From the human T2T-CHM13v2.0 reference genome, Homo sapiens: a DNA stretch of 64,000 bases. The translations under genes and the position numbers were made by a program. A model generated the notes under the pieces. The model did not search any database. It was not told where the DNA came from and was given only the letters and a program-made list of their open reading frames with translations. Shown here piece by piece: positions 1 through 13,639 of this stretch; position 1 is the stretch's first letter, and every line of letters begins with the position of its first letter. The stretch is from the NCBI RefSeq assembly GCF_009914755.1, contig NC_060929.1, one strand, 5' to 3'.

Positions 1-110
1 ACATAGAATTATATTTTAATTCATATTACATATGAGGTATTTTCCTATGACCTAGAATTTCATATAAATGTGGTATGTTTCCTGCTTTTGAAGAATCTAC
101 AGCAGAACAC

Positions 111-2946
111 TGATATGGTTTGAATCTGTGTCCCCACCCAAAACTCATGTTGAAATGTAACCCCCAGTGCTGTAGGTGAGACCTGGTGGTAGGTGATTGG
201 ATCATGAGGGTGGTTTCTAATGGTTTAGCACCATCCCTGTAGTGCAGTTCTCATGATGGAGTTCACAGGAGACCTGCTTGCTTAAAAATGTGTAGCACCT
301 CCCCAACTCTCTCTTCCTCCTGCACTGGCCATGGGAGGTGTACTCTCCCTTTGCCTTCTGCCATGATTGTACATTTCCTGATGCCTCCCCAGAAACTGAG
401 CAGACGCCAGCGTCATGTTTCCTGTACAACCTGAGGAGCCATGAGCCAATTAAAACTATTTTATTTTTAAATTACTGATATGGTTTGGATTTATTTCCTC
501 ACCCAAATCTCATGTTGAATTCTAATCCCCAGTGTTGGAGGACGGGGCTGGCAGGAGGTGATTGGATCACAACGGTGGATTTTCCCCTTGATATTCTCAT
601 GATAGCAAGTGAGTTCTCACAAGACCTGGTTGTTTAAAACTGTGTGGCACCTTCCCCTTTGCCCTCCTCCTTATTTTCCAGCCATGTAAGATGCGCCTGC
701 TTCCCCTCTACCTTCCACCATGATTGTAAGTCTCCTGAGACCTCCTCAGCCTTCATGCTTCCCGTGCAGCCTGAAAACTGTGAATTAATTAAACCTCTTT
801 TCTTCGTAAATTACCCAATCTCAGGTAGTTCTTTATAGCAATGTGAGAATGGACTAATACAGTTTCCCAGTCTCAGGTATTTCTTTATAGCAGGGCGAGA
901 ACAAACTAATACAGAAAATTGGGACCTAGAAGTGGGGCATTGCTATTAAGATACCTGAAAATGTGGAAACAGCTTTGGAAATGGGTAACAGGCAGAGATT
1001 GGAAGAGTATGGAAGGTTCAGAAGAATACAGGAAGATGAGGGAAAATCTGGAACATCTTAGAGACTTGTTGAATGGTTGTGACCAAAATGCTTGTAGTGA
1101 TATGGATAGTAAAGGCCAGGCTAATGAGGTCTCAGATGGAAATGAAAAACTTATTGGAAACTAGAGCAAAGGTCAGTTTCATTTCTTGGAAAAGCAATTG
1201 TCTACATTGTGCCACTGCAATAGGGCTCCGTGGAACTTTAAACTTGAGAGATGATTTAGAGTATCTGGTAGAAGTTTCTAAGCATCAAAACGTTCAAGAT
1301 ATGCCCTTGTTGCTTCTAGCAGCCAAAGCTTATATTCATGAGCAAAGAGGTGACCTAAAACTAGAACATATTTAAAAGGTTACCATAGTGTAAAAGTTTG
1401 AAAAATGTGCTGCCTGGCCATGTGGTAGAAAAGAAAAACACATTTGCAGGGGAGTAATTCAAGCAGGCTGCAGTAATTTACATAACTAAAAGGATGGCAA
1501 ATTCTAATAGCAGAGACAGTGGGGAAAAGGCTTTGAAAGCATTTCAGAGTCCCTGGTGGAAGCCCCTCCCATCACAGGCCCAGAGGCCTAGGAGGGAAGA
1601 AAGAATGGTTTAGTGGGCCAGGCCCAGTGCCCTGCCACCCTGCACAGTCTCAGGACACTGCTCCTTGTGTCCCAGCCATTCCAGCTTCAGCCACGGCTAA
1701 AAGGGCTCCAGATACAGCTGGGGCCACTGCTTCAGAGGATACAAGCCATAGACTTGGTGGTTTTCATGTGTTGTTGAGCCTGCAGGTGCACAGAGTGCAA
1801 GAATTGAGGCTTGGTTGCTTCCACCTCGATTTCAGAGAACATATGGAAAAGCCTGAACATTTAGGCAGAAGCCTGATGCAGGAGCAAAGCCCTCATGGAG
1901 AATCTCTACTAAACTACAGCAGTGCAGAGGGGAAATGTAGGGTGGGAGACCCCACACAGAGTCCCACCTTGGGCACTGCCTAGTGGAGCTGTGAGAAGAG
2001 GGCCACCATCTTCCAGACCCCAGAATGGTACAGACATTGACAACCTGCACCATGCACCTGGAAAAGCCTCAGGCATTCAACGCCAGACTTGAGAGCAGCC
2101 ATGGGGACCAAACCCTGCAAAGTCACAGGAGTGGGACTGCCCAAGGCATCAGGAGCACACTCCTTGCATCAGTGTGCCCTGGATGTGAGACATAGAGTCG
2201 AGGAGATTATTTAGAGCCTTGAGATTTAATGACTGCCCTGCTGGGTTTATGACTTGAACGGGGCCTATAGCCCCTTTCTTTTGGCTGATTTCTCCCTTTT
2301 GGAATGGCAGTATTTACCCAGTGCATGTATCCCCATTGCATCTTGGAAGTAACCAACTTGTTTTCATTTTATCTGCTCATAGGCAGACAGGACTAGCCTT
2401 TACTCAAGTCAGACTTCGGACTATTTACTCTTAGTTAAAGCTGGAATGAGTTAAGACATTGGGGCTATTGGGAAGGCATGATTGTATTTTGATAATGTGA
2501 GAAGGACATGAGATTTGGGAGGACCAGGGTGGAATGATATGTTTTGGATCTGTGTCCCCACCTAACTATCACATTGAAATGTAATCCTCAGTGCTGTAGA
2601 TGGGGCCTGGTGGGAGGTGATTTGATCATGGGGGTAGTTTCCAATGGTTTAGCGCCAATCCCCTAGTGCTATTTTCATGATAGAATTCTCATGAGATGCG
2701 GTTGTTTAAAAGTAGGTAGCACCTCTCCCACTTTTCTTCCTCCTACTCTGGCCATATGAGGTGTACTCCCCCTTTGTCTTACACCATGACTCTACATTTC
2801 CTGAGGCCTCCCTGGAAGCCAAGCAGATGCCATCATCATGCTTCCTGTACAGCCTGTGGAGGTGTAAGCCAATTAAACCTCTTTTCTTTATAAATTACCC
2901 AGTCTCAGGTATTTCTTCGAGAATGGACTAATGCAAGGACTAACAC
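111..2946 (+). mobile_element. Full-length MaLR provirus, MSTA-type (5' LTR 111-913 interrupted by a nested LTR; internal 914-2534; 3' LTR 2535-~2946)
   Basis: Two direct LTRs start TGATATG(G/T)TTT and end ...ACTAATACA-like. The internal region begins GAAAATTGGGACCTAGAAGTGGGGCATTGCTAT, and a purine tract (GAGATTTGGGAGGACCAGGGTGGAA) precedes the 3' LTR. The 3' terminus is slightly rearranged. Confidence 0.92.
476..861 (+). mobile_element. Solo MSTA-type LTR nested in the 5' LTR of the MSTA provirus
   Basis: Complete LTR TGATATGGTTTGGAT...GGACTAATACA. The host LTR sequence TAAATTAC|CCAGTCTCAGG resumes after it. Degenerate 5-bp TSD ATTAC/GTTTC. Confidence 0.9.
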
Positions 2947-3929
2947 ACACTATGCTTTGTGAGCAGAGACAAAAAACTTAGTTGCCTAATCTCAAGATTC
3001 ACAGAATATTTTTCTGGAGAATTTGTTTCATGAACTTGATACTGAAGTTAGCAAGATCTTCCCTGAATCCCATCTACCCATCCACTGCAAAAAAAAGAAA
3101 GACAAGAAAAGTTTCAGAAAGTTAAAAACATATAAACCAAATCTCAGAAATAAATCTTCTTGTGAATTAGTATTAAATTGATAACATCCCTCAATCTATC
3201 AACCCTCCTATCCTATCCAGCATGGGAAAGAGTGAGAAAATGTACATTTCTGTTCTGAGAAAACAACCCCAGAAAGGTTATTTATACAAAATATTTTTAA
3301 GGTGCCCTGAATTCAGAATTCATAAATTATGTCATCTGAAGTACAATATATAACTCTTATTTCAAATTGGTTATCTTATTTAAATTTATTAAACTGATAT
3401 TAAAGATTTATTACCTAAAGTTCTAAATAATTGTGCAATATCTTTTCTAAACTAGAAAAAAGAGCTTTGGACGTGAGTTCCTATCCTTTTTTTTTTTTAA
3501 CATAAATGTATATTTTATCATACCACACTACTGGGTTCCCTTTTTGAACAGTGTTAGTGTCTTAGTCCCATATAAATCAATGATGTTTTTTCTAGATTCA
3601 TCTGAAAGCATTATCAGGGATGATTCAACATATTTTCATCAAGTCTATACTGTATATTTTAAAATTTTAACTTATAATAGCAAGAAACAAAGTGGGAACA
3701 AGATTTCAACCCAGTGCAAGGCAAAAAATAATAATGTTTTTATCACACATTCTTTTCTTTCACGACTTGTCACTTTCTCTAGTTGTTAACTTATTTTCAG
3801 AAATAATTTATCCAACATAAATTATAATTATTCAAGGAAACTTCTCTATGTTCTATTTTAATCTTCTGAATTCTGTCATTAATAAAATAGATACCTTAAG
3901 CTTTGATGAATAATTATGTCTAATATTTA

Positions 3930-4075
3930 TTACATATTATTTGTCAAGAACTGTATAGGATTCTTTATATTAAGCATCACTTATATTCATAACCTAAAAG
4001 GTCATATATTAGTATAAGTCACTCTACAGATTAGAAAATTTAGTTTCAAAAGTAAAGTAACATATTGAGAAAAAA
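3930..4075 (-). mobile_element. Degenerate MIR fragment
   Basis: MIR core-like ...CACTCTACAGATTAGAAAATTTAGTTTCAAAAGTAAAGTAAC. Confidence 0.5.
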
Positions 4076-6129
4076 TGGATATAAATGTTACAAATGGAGG
4101 CAAAACCCTTTATATTTTCACTTCCACATTCTGAAAGGTATCACGGCAAAGAGACCTTTGATGAACAAAAATGCATGCAACCAAACCTGGAGTTTTAAAT
4201 TAAATGTCACAACTTCTGGTACTTTTTATATCATGTCCTACTGACATGACAACATGAGTAGCTTTCATCTTTCAATTTGCTCAATCTATTTTTATTAACC
4301 AATCTTGATATAGAATAGTAAAGTTTTTTCGGTCTGCTACTAAATATAAATTATAAGTCAAAGGTAACATGACATTGAGATAAGCTTCCTATATAAATAG
4401 AATCTTCTCAAAAATAAACCTTCAACGTGGACACGTGTATTTATGCCTTGTGGTGTGTGTGTTTGTGTACACGTGTAATTGTATGACTACATCTGGTATC
4501 CTATTATTATAGTGTAAGTTTTTAGATGAGCAGTAGAAAAATATAAGACTAGTATGATTGAGGCACAAGGCCAAGAGACAGAGCTTGAATTACATACAGA
4601 AATCCAAGGAAGGCATTTAACAGAAACATGTCATAGTAAGCACTTCATTATGTATTAAGCTTTCTGTCTATGTTATGAAATCGGTTAGGATATCATCTAG
4701 GGATATTGCAATAGTCAAGGTGAAAAGTGATAGGAATCTGAAATGTACAAGATGTATTTGAACACTGTTTACAACAAGTTCTTATTAAGAGAAAGAGAAA
4801 TTTAGTGTTCAGTTCTTGCCCTAAAGGAAAAATAAAAATTGATATTCAATATCTCAGATTCTAATTATTTTGCTCTTAAATTCAACAGTCTGGAAAAAAC
4901 AAAACAAAAAAGTCTATAAACAAGAAAGACTATGGATCAGAGGAAACTTAAATGTAATTTTTAAAAAATGTGGTAGTTTGCCAGTTACCTCCCAGGAGAT
5001 GCATAAGCAATAAAATTAATCCAGCACTTGCCTGGCATAAATAGTCGTTTGTCCTCTGGGAGGTAGATACCTGCATATTTACAAGCTGCATTTTCATAGA
5101 CAGCGATTTATCTCCCAACACTACTTAATATCCATTACACTATGGAGGACACCAACATTTGCTTTCAAACACAAGAATGCAATGTTTGATTTAGGTTTTA
5201 CAATTACTTTTTATTTTATTGAAATATTTTAATGCGTTATATTATTTCAGTGCCTTATACATTTAGGAGAAAATCCAGACATAAAGAAACAAAACAGGAA
5301 CATTTCTACTTCCAAGAAAAGAAAACATAATGTCATAATAAAATTATTGCTTCTGAACAAAGACAAATATTTCATCTATCTATATTAATGGACTTCTTCA
5401 GCAAAATGTTATCTAATATACTGAAATATTCTGCTATTATAATTTTTTATTATATATAACAAGGCAAGGCTAAATAAAGTTAGTGGCTGGGAGAAAAGGC
5501 ATATAGGAAAGATACAAGGAATTTCCAAATATAACAACAATATAAATTTACATAAAGTTGAAATTATACTTTATATGTTAAAATAGAGTACTGAAATGGA
5601 AGTTTATATATCAGATTTTAAAAAAATAGAGTTGATTTGAATATTGGATACGCTCCACTGTGTCTCCCCAACAAAGGCCAATTTCCATTGATGAACAAGA
5701 AATATAAAGCTTGATATACCTCTGTGAGGGCCTAAACATACGGCTCTATAATAGTAAAAAACGTGTGCTGATGTTTTTAACTATCACTTTTCTAGAATTA
5801 CAATTTTGCTGTATTCTCCGTTTAAATGTTATAATCTGCTATATAAGTCTGTAGGTCACTGTTTATATAACTGTTTCTCTAAACACTTTATCATTTTCTA
5901 CTATTATTAATTATACCTGGCATGTGTTTTGACTTACATTGATGTGAGTTTCTATTATTCCAAAAGTTTTACAGGTAGATTTAATAGAGAAGTTATTAAT
6001 AGGACTTGCTTGATTTAAATACAATTTCTTGCCAAAGCATTGTTTTGTTTGAGTGCTGTTTGAATATGCAATCCATTTTATTCCCTTAGTTATTGAAACC
6101 TTTGGTTTTAGTGGTATTCTTCAAGAATT

Positions 6130-6410
6130 CTTAAATCTTTGATCTTAGGTTTGATTAAAACATTAGATATATTGATCTAATTTTAGAAAATGAGTAATAA
6201 ATTATGATAGAAAACAGAATCAGAATTCAAACAGACATAAGCAAGCTAAAATGATGATTAAATACTAAAAGCTGAAATTTAAGATGAATAAGTATAAAGA
6301 CCTACTTTCAGGTTGTAAAAATCAAATTTTCAAGTTAGAATTAATCTGACATAACCATGTGAAAAAGCCCTAGGAATTACAGTTTCCTATAAGCCAGAAG
6401 TGTCCACTGA
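6130..6410 (+). mobile_element. Ancient L3/CR1 LINE fragment
   Basis: CR1-like RT 3' motifs AATCAGAATTCAAACAGAC...GAAATTTAAGATGAATAAGTATAAAGACCTAC...CATGTGAAAAAGCCCTAGG. Confidence 0.55.
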
Positions 6411-6952
6411 ATTCCTGAAGGGATTTTTGAGGGTGTATTTTCTGTCTATTTTATATATTTATCAACCATAGCTTTTAAAAATTCCCTCACACATGGCAAG
6501 AACGGGTAACTGTAAACATTAAAAAGAGAGGAAGGAGGGTTTTTTTTTGACTTCTGGCTTGGAAGAGTGAATGATTTGTGGTTTTACATCTCTGGATTTC
6601 AGTGTATTCATTTCTCAGGAAACGAGCTAGTTTAATTGACTACTAATGCTTCTTTTAGCTTTAATTTCTAAATTAAATGTAATCATATATCAACACACCC
6701 AAAAAGAAGACTGATGTGTTTCAAATGAAAGCAACTTATACAGTGTTGAGATTTTACCTATCATAAACCATATCAAGGACTTTCATATTGTCAGGATAAT
6801 AGATATACTTTGGAAGACAAAACACATATCAATGGATGAATATTACAGCAAAAATAATCTTGTTTTACTAAAAGATGAATGTGTCACTTATAGCATTCAA
6901 ACAGTTTAACCACTTATTACATAAATATTAGAGATAATTTTTATAAGCAGTG

Positions 6953-7314
6953 TGATATGGTTAGGTTTTGTGTTCTCACCCAAATCTCATCTTGAATTAT
7001 AATCCCCATAATGCCCACGGGTTAAGAGACCAGGTGGAGTTAATTAGATCATGTGACAGTTTCCCTCATGCTGTTCTCGTGATAATGAGTGAGTTCTCAC
7101 GAGATCTGATGGTTTTGTAAGGGGCTCTTCCCCCTTCGCTCCTCGCTCTCCTCTCTCCTGTCACCATGTGAAGAAGATCCTTGCTTCTCCTTCACCTTCT
7201 GCCCTGTTTGTAAGTTTCCTGAGGCCTCCCTATCCATGTTGAACTCCGAGTCAATTAAGTCTCTTTCCTTTATAAATTACCCAGTCTTGGGAAGTGCGCA
7301 AGTGGACTAATACA
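6953..7314 (+). mobile_element. Solo THE1D-like MaLR LTR
   Basis: TGATATGG...GGACTAATACA termini, THE1D-type GAGATCTGATGGTTTTGTAAGGGGCTCTTCCCC, and a perfect 5-bp TSD CAGTG (6948-6952, 7315-7319). Confidence 0.92.
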
Positions 7315-7989
7315 CAGTGGGACATAGAAATAAATCCAGGTTCTTAATATAATTTGTGTTTTTGAATAGTGAGTAATGAAAACATTTTGTAGGTAGAGGT
7401 AGACTCATTTGAACAAAATCCTTTAACATGATTGAAGAATATTGTTCTGAAATACTTTAGAAAATAGAACAATACCTTGGGGATAATGCTTTTCACTGTA
7501 GGAGGTCTTATACTTATGATCATGCTTTGAAGAATTCAGACTATTATTTCATAATTCAGTTGACCATCATCACTCTCACAATCCCATTGTTCATATCTAA
7601 TCAATCTTCATGTTCTGTCAATTTAACCCTCCACTATTGTCAGAATTCATTAATCTGATCCACTTAAAATCCATATGAAGATTATATTTGTTATCCATTT
7701 CTCTATTCTGTAATGTATCTTATATAATACCACAAGAATAATCCATTAGAGTGGGGGAAAATTATATGTGCATAAAGGAAAATTTCTAGATTAACATCCT
7801 TGAGTCATCAAGAATGAGTGATATTTAGTGCCCCCAAGAAGTCTTTGTCCTGGATCTGTAAGTGTCTGACTGATGCTCAATATATCTCAAAAATGCAGGT
7901 TGAAATATATTTATAGTATGTAGGCTGTACCTGTTCTCAGATTTGACAGAGTTCCTTAATAATGATCATTTAGTCACTTATTTTATTCG

Positions 7990-8230
7990 TTAATAATGTT
8001 ATTGAAGTATTTAAATAGTAATTGCCAAAGTTAGCATTTATTCAGGATGCATTTTTATAATCTTCAAAACACATTGGCATATAATTATTATTACCTCAAT
8101 TTTAAAGAGAGGGAAATTGAGGCTTAGAAGAGCTGAATGTTGGAACCAAGTCAATAACTACAAAGTATTAGAAGTGAAATGCAAATTCTGATTTATTTTG
8201 CTGCAAAACCTAGCACTTTTGAATACACTA
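7990..8230 (-). mobile_element. MIR fragment
   Basis: ATTATTATTACCTCAATTTTAAAGAGAGGGAAATTGAGGCTTAGAAGAG matches the antisense MIR core. Confidence 0.65.
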
Positions 8231-9013
8231 TGTTAAATCTTATTTAAAGGCCCTCTTCACTACCTTCACACATGCTAGAGAGCCTAGAAATACAAGATTA
8301 CAGAACCTTTAATCTAGCAGTGACCTCAGAAACCTGCTCAAATTAAATAACTTTTTAAAATCTACACAGCTAATTGATGGCTAGGTCAAAACTCTTGTTT
8401 TCTTTCCAATGCCACATAACTATTAAACAGGCAAGATAATTAAAAAGTAAAGAGAAAGTAAAATTTGTCACACATTTTAGATTTTACAATTGTTCACTGT
8501 CATAATAGAGTGGAGGTCACTTATCTTTCTGTGTTTGGACAAAGATGTTATTAGCTACCAATGAATGATCATAAAATTAATGCATATTTATTTAAAAATA
8601 TAATTTAAATTATAATATTTGAAATATATATTTGCTAGTCTTGTGGTACAGATTGAGATTTCTCATTCGAGTATGCATTCTTTTAAAGGAGTTCAGCAAT
8701 ATTTTTCTTGTATAAACCACAGGTTAAAATTTTGAGTTTGAGTTTTCTTAAAATGAAGCCAGATTTTAAAGAATTGGTGCAAAGCATTCTGATTGTATAT
8801 TTCATCTATAGTTTTATTATATTATCCCCCCACCAAATTTAAACATACCTCTCCGGCATTTGTTAAGAAAATGTATTTAGATTTAAAAATCAGTGGGAAG
8901 TAGCATGTTCTTCAAATTTCATACTGAGACACTATTTAATGGGTCCTACCCAAGTAGTATTTAATTTTTAGGAGAATATACATTGACTTTTCTGTTCGTT
9001 ATTTGATTTGAAT

Positions 9014-9615
9014 TTTTGTTGAACTGTACTGGGTCCACTTGCACCACATAGTAAGACCAGATATCCACACTGAGGTTTGCAGTGGAAGAAAGAGAGGAGG
9101 CGTTTGTTTGCAGGGCACTAAGTAAAGAGGCTCAGGCAGCTAACCCTTAACATTCTGACCTTTCCCGTGTCTTGTAGGTACATTGGTTTTAATCTAAAAG
9201 GGTAGGATATCCTGAAGCAGGTGTGGTTTGTGGGGTGCAACTTCCTCCAGGTCCCTCAGGAAGAAATTTAGAACAAACAATGGTGATCAAAGTCCAACCC
9301 TTAGTTCTCCTTTATCTTAGGTCTAGGTGTCAGAGGATCCCTCTGGTGGGGGTCCAGGTTTCTGAAAACCGACTCAGAGACCTATGATAAGATGCTATTG
9401 TTAGTTTCTACAGGGGAAACAAACATCCCAAAGTTCTAGCTTCTTTGACAATTGTTTTAAGCCACTATTAACCTGACTGCTCATCAAGCTACTTACTTAT
9501 TTCTCAGGTCTAGCTAGGTGCCTGGAATTTCCCATGAAGGAACTCAAGATTTTCCTTTATTTCCACACTTGGCAGGGGCCCACAGGCCCCTAAGATAGGT
9601 CCCTGCTCCATCTCA
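9014..9615 (-). mobile_element. Solo ERV1-class LTR (MER66-like)
   Basis: The minus strand starts TGAGATGGAGCAGGGACCTATCTTAGGGGCCTG...GGAAATAAAGGAAAATCTTGAGTTCCTTCATGGGAAATTCCAGGCACCTAGCTAG. Probable 4-bp TSD GAAT. Subfamily is tentative. Confidence 0.7.
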
Positions 9616-10238
9616 GAATCTAGATATGGTAAAGATATATATTAATCTAAAGTGTTTTGACAAAAAGTTACAGTTTTGATGCTCTTTAAGATATTGGCTA
9701 AGTTTTATAACTAACCTACCAATTTAAATGAGCTTGCTTTGTTTTTTATATATCCATAATATTGTTAATGCTTTTGGAAATTGTGTTATAAACTTACCAG
9801 TGTCCTTTATTAATGAGTTAAATAACATTGTGACTTTTGTTCATTTTATATTTTTATAAAAGTCATTTTGTGAATGTTTGTAAAATTTATACTTTGACAT
9901 AGCTAATTCAACAGGTAGTTTCAATTTTATTATATATTTTAAGTGACTTATGTCCTTAAAGCCTTTTCAAAGCATTACATTTACTTTCATACTAACAGTG
10001 TTTTTTCTTTTTACACACATATTTAATAGGTTTATATAAATTACAATTAAGTTATATTTACAATAATAATAAATGGTCATAATCAAAGTTAAGAAAAGTA
10101 GCTAACTTAACAAATAGGAACAGAGCTCCTAGTAATTAGAGAATGAACTAATAGCATTGAAAATTCTCTGTGTTTTGCCCATCATAGTTATATTAGAAAA
10201 TAAGAATACTTTTCAGGTGAGCCATTAACTTTTGAACA

Positions 10239-11095
10239 TGTAAACGAAAAATAAAATTCTAAGACATCCCCAGTGGACTGAGCAGACCCCTCCTCTTGGT
10301 CACTGGCATTCCAAAGTTAACTTGAAAAACTAGTTCAGGCCATGATGGCAGTAGGGGTTGTCCATGCCTCACTGTGTCCTCCTCCTGTTGGAATTTGGGC
10401 ACAAGTTACCAGTATTAACATTAAAGCACAGATCTTAAGACTTTTTGTAGCAATAAAACACCAAATTTGAGCCTGTCTCTAGTATAGCATCACTTGACAA
10501 ATAGCAGGCCCTGAAAGAAACTGAAGTATTTTCCCCAAAAATGTATTTCTCTGATGTATTTTGAAATGGCCCTGTAAAGCTGTATATTGTGGGGAAAAAT
10601 CTGCATTTTGTAGAGAATCCTTGTCCCTTCCCACATCTTTTTCCCTGATCCAGGAGAGATTCTGGCACCTATATAAGTCTGATAAGAAACATTAACAATC
10701 TTTCCTCTCTAAAGCCTGCTACCTGGAGGCTTCATCCACATAAGAATCTTGGTCTCTACAACCCCTTATCTTAACCTAGACACTCCCTTCTATGGATTCC
10801 AGGTCTTAAGATAAACTTTTTCAACCAATTGCCAATCAGAAAATCTTTAAATCTGTCTATGGACCTGGAAGCCCTGACTTCCAGTTGTCTCACCTTTCAG
10901 GACCAAACCAATGAATATATTACATGTGTTGAATGATGTCTCCCTAAAATGTATACAACCGAGTTGTAGACCGACCACCTTGGGCACATATTCTCAGGCT
11001 CTCCTGGGGCTGTGTCACAGGTCCTTGGTCACTTGTATTTGGCTTAGAATAAATCTCTTGAAATATTTTACAGACTTCAAATCTTTTTGCTGAAA
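10239..11095 (+). mobile_element. Solo MER4-group ERV1 LTR (MER4D/E-like)
   Basis: Starts TGTAAACGAAAAATAAAATTCTAAG, contains GTTAACTTGAAAAACTAGTTCAGGCCATGATGG, and ends GGCTTAGAATAAATCTCTTGAAATATTTTACAGA... as in MER4 LTRs. Confidence 0.85.
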
Positions 11096-13639
11096 GATAG
11101 TTAAATAAAGCGTCTTAACTGTGACTCTTTCCATCAGAGTATTATACATCTAAAAAGGTTTCTGTATACCCACTTTTCAAGTCTTTAAAAAAAGTTTGAT
11201 TACTTCATTTAATCAGGTTGTTTTATCTTAAAATGCAAAATTTCTCCACTGCATCTGTTACCTACATTAGCACACCCTATCAATACATATGCTTATGTTT
11301 GGGTCTGGAGGGGTTGTTTATTTTCTGGTGTAAGCAGTGAAAAGTGAGTGGTGTCTATTTTAGCCTCTTTTATGAGGAAAATTATCAACAGGGAGTAAAC
11401 AATATTCCTGTAGAAAAGAAGAAGTTAGCCAATTGTGTTTCAAAATGGAAACATTATTAGGGAATAATCAAGAACTATTTTCCAGAAAAAGAAGTAACAG
11501 CTCTTTAAAGTGAAGAGTTAAAGGCAGTAAGTTGTCTGGAACTAGAAAAGGATACAAATAGCCTAGGAAGCGCACATTTGCTGCAAATTTGGCCAGTGAG
11601 ACTTGACTGCAGTGGAAACCTGTGGGGTTCCTACAGATGGTGGAGGATTTAGAGTTCAACACTGGCATCCAAATGTTGCAAGAGAAATAACAATTTTAGC
11701 CAGATGATAGATTATAGAGATCTTTCCTTCTTGAGAGGGAGAATAATGGACTTTTGCTTTAGAGCTCAATTCCTGCATGTCTTGAGGTTCTCAGATCATC
11801 CGCAGGAAAGAAGTAGTGGCAGGAGGATAAACAATATGCTGGACTTCCCACTAATCTGGCTAGTGAGAGCCTGTTCCATTTTAATTTACTCCAGAAAAAT
11901 AAAGATTTACACCCTGAGTGTTGTGCAGCCTTTCACATACAACTATGTAGGACAAACATCTTCACACAAAAGGAGTCCCAAAATTCACAGAAATTCACAC
12001 ACCAGTGTGAAAGATAAAGAACCTTATTTTAGAGGGAAGAGACAGATGTAGTGTTATGCCTGAACCTCCAGAGGTAAATTACAAAGCACCATTTTAATTG
12101 TGAAAGGCCAGTTTATCAACTAGTAATAGGTAAAGCATAACATATATAATAAATAACAACATATGGCCTATCATGAGTGGCTCAGGAGAGGTAAGATTAA
12201 TTAAGATTACTCTGTCTCAGAGTATTTAAGAAATGTGGGAAATGGCCTTTTAGAGATAATCCCTTACATGTTCTACATCATATTTGTTTAAATATTTTGC
12301 CAAACTCACATTAGAAAATTGGTCTGCCAACTACACTGATTTATTGCCTCCGGAAAGATTGAGATGATGAATCATTTCCCCCCCACCCCCACAAGTTACT
12401 TTTGTTTTAAAATATTTTAAGGATTTAAAACTGACTGCAACTGATTATATCAAAGACATTAGCTGTTTAATGCAATGATTCTGTGTGTGCCAAATTCATA
12501 CAGAATATAGTCTGGAAATAAGGAGTACCCATTTGGGATATCTACTTTGTATGGAAATGAATGCACTTAAGGGCTAAACAAATAGACCTTTCCTTTTCTC
12601 CCTTCCCATGCATAAATGACAGGAAATGAATACTAGCACAGGTAACATATTCAATCATTCAAATTGTTTACTATTTTAACTGTATTTCTTAACATATAGC
12701 AAATGTCAAATAATTTGGGGTATATTTTTAGATATTATCTAAAATTTCTTCTCATTAGTAAAACTGGAAAGCCATCTGTACATAATGTGCAAGGTAAATT
12801 GAATTGACAGAGTAATTTTTTTTAGTGATTTAATTTACCCAACACCAGTGTACCTTGAAGCCTCTGGGTTTATTCCTCCATGTACTTTGAAGTCATAACT
12901 CATTTCGTTTCATGATCCTTCTATATTAAAAGTTGCTGAAATAAACTAGATTATATATTTTCTTACTACTCAGAATATTGGCTATCCAGCTAGAAAAATA
13001 AGTCTTAAAGAGATAAGGCCACCTTATTCATGTTAGTTGAAGTCTAATGGTAAAAGCAGCAGACCTTGAAAGAATGCTGATCTTCAGGGAATTTCTTTAA
13101 ATTGGAATCATAATCCAACTGTAAACTGGTTAGGGGAAGCACTGATATGCAGAGTACCTAATAGTATATTGATAATCCATTCAATCTCAGGGTAATTACC
13201 AAAAGCCAAAGGGTGGGGTGCATTTCACTACTCATGTATAGTTGATAAGTCTTTCTAATTTAAATGTTATAGATAGGAAATCCAGGAAAAGTGCAATAGA
13301 GAATATTGTACAGTACTCAATGAAATCATTATGTGGTATCATACAGTATCATATGATATAAAATCTTATATTTTATTGTTACTGGGCAGTGAGATAAATG
13401 CATTTTTTCCTTTTACAACTTAACTGTAAAGATTGTACCTTTAGTTTGCATCGATTTGGATTATTTGTCTTATATTCTGGTTCTATTACTTACAAAGTAT
13501 TCCAAAGAACAAACAGAAGCTAGTTACTAGCCCGAGTTCATAGTGTTCAACAGTACATAATAAGCTAAATGATGAATCTACACACATGAACTTGAATAAA
13601 TGTGTTCACTGCTCACAACTAAACTGAGAAACAATGAAT

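Noticed and set aside
919-2053. ORFs in the MST internal region (also 14811-16170 and 44503-45239)
   Set aside because: Short, stop-interrupted remnants of the MaLR internal sequence, not intact genes.
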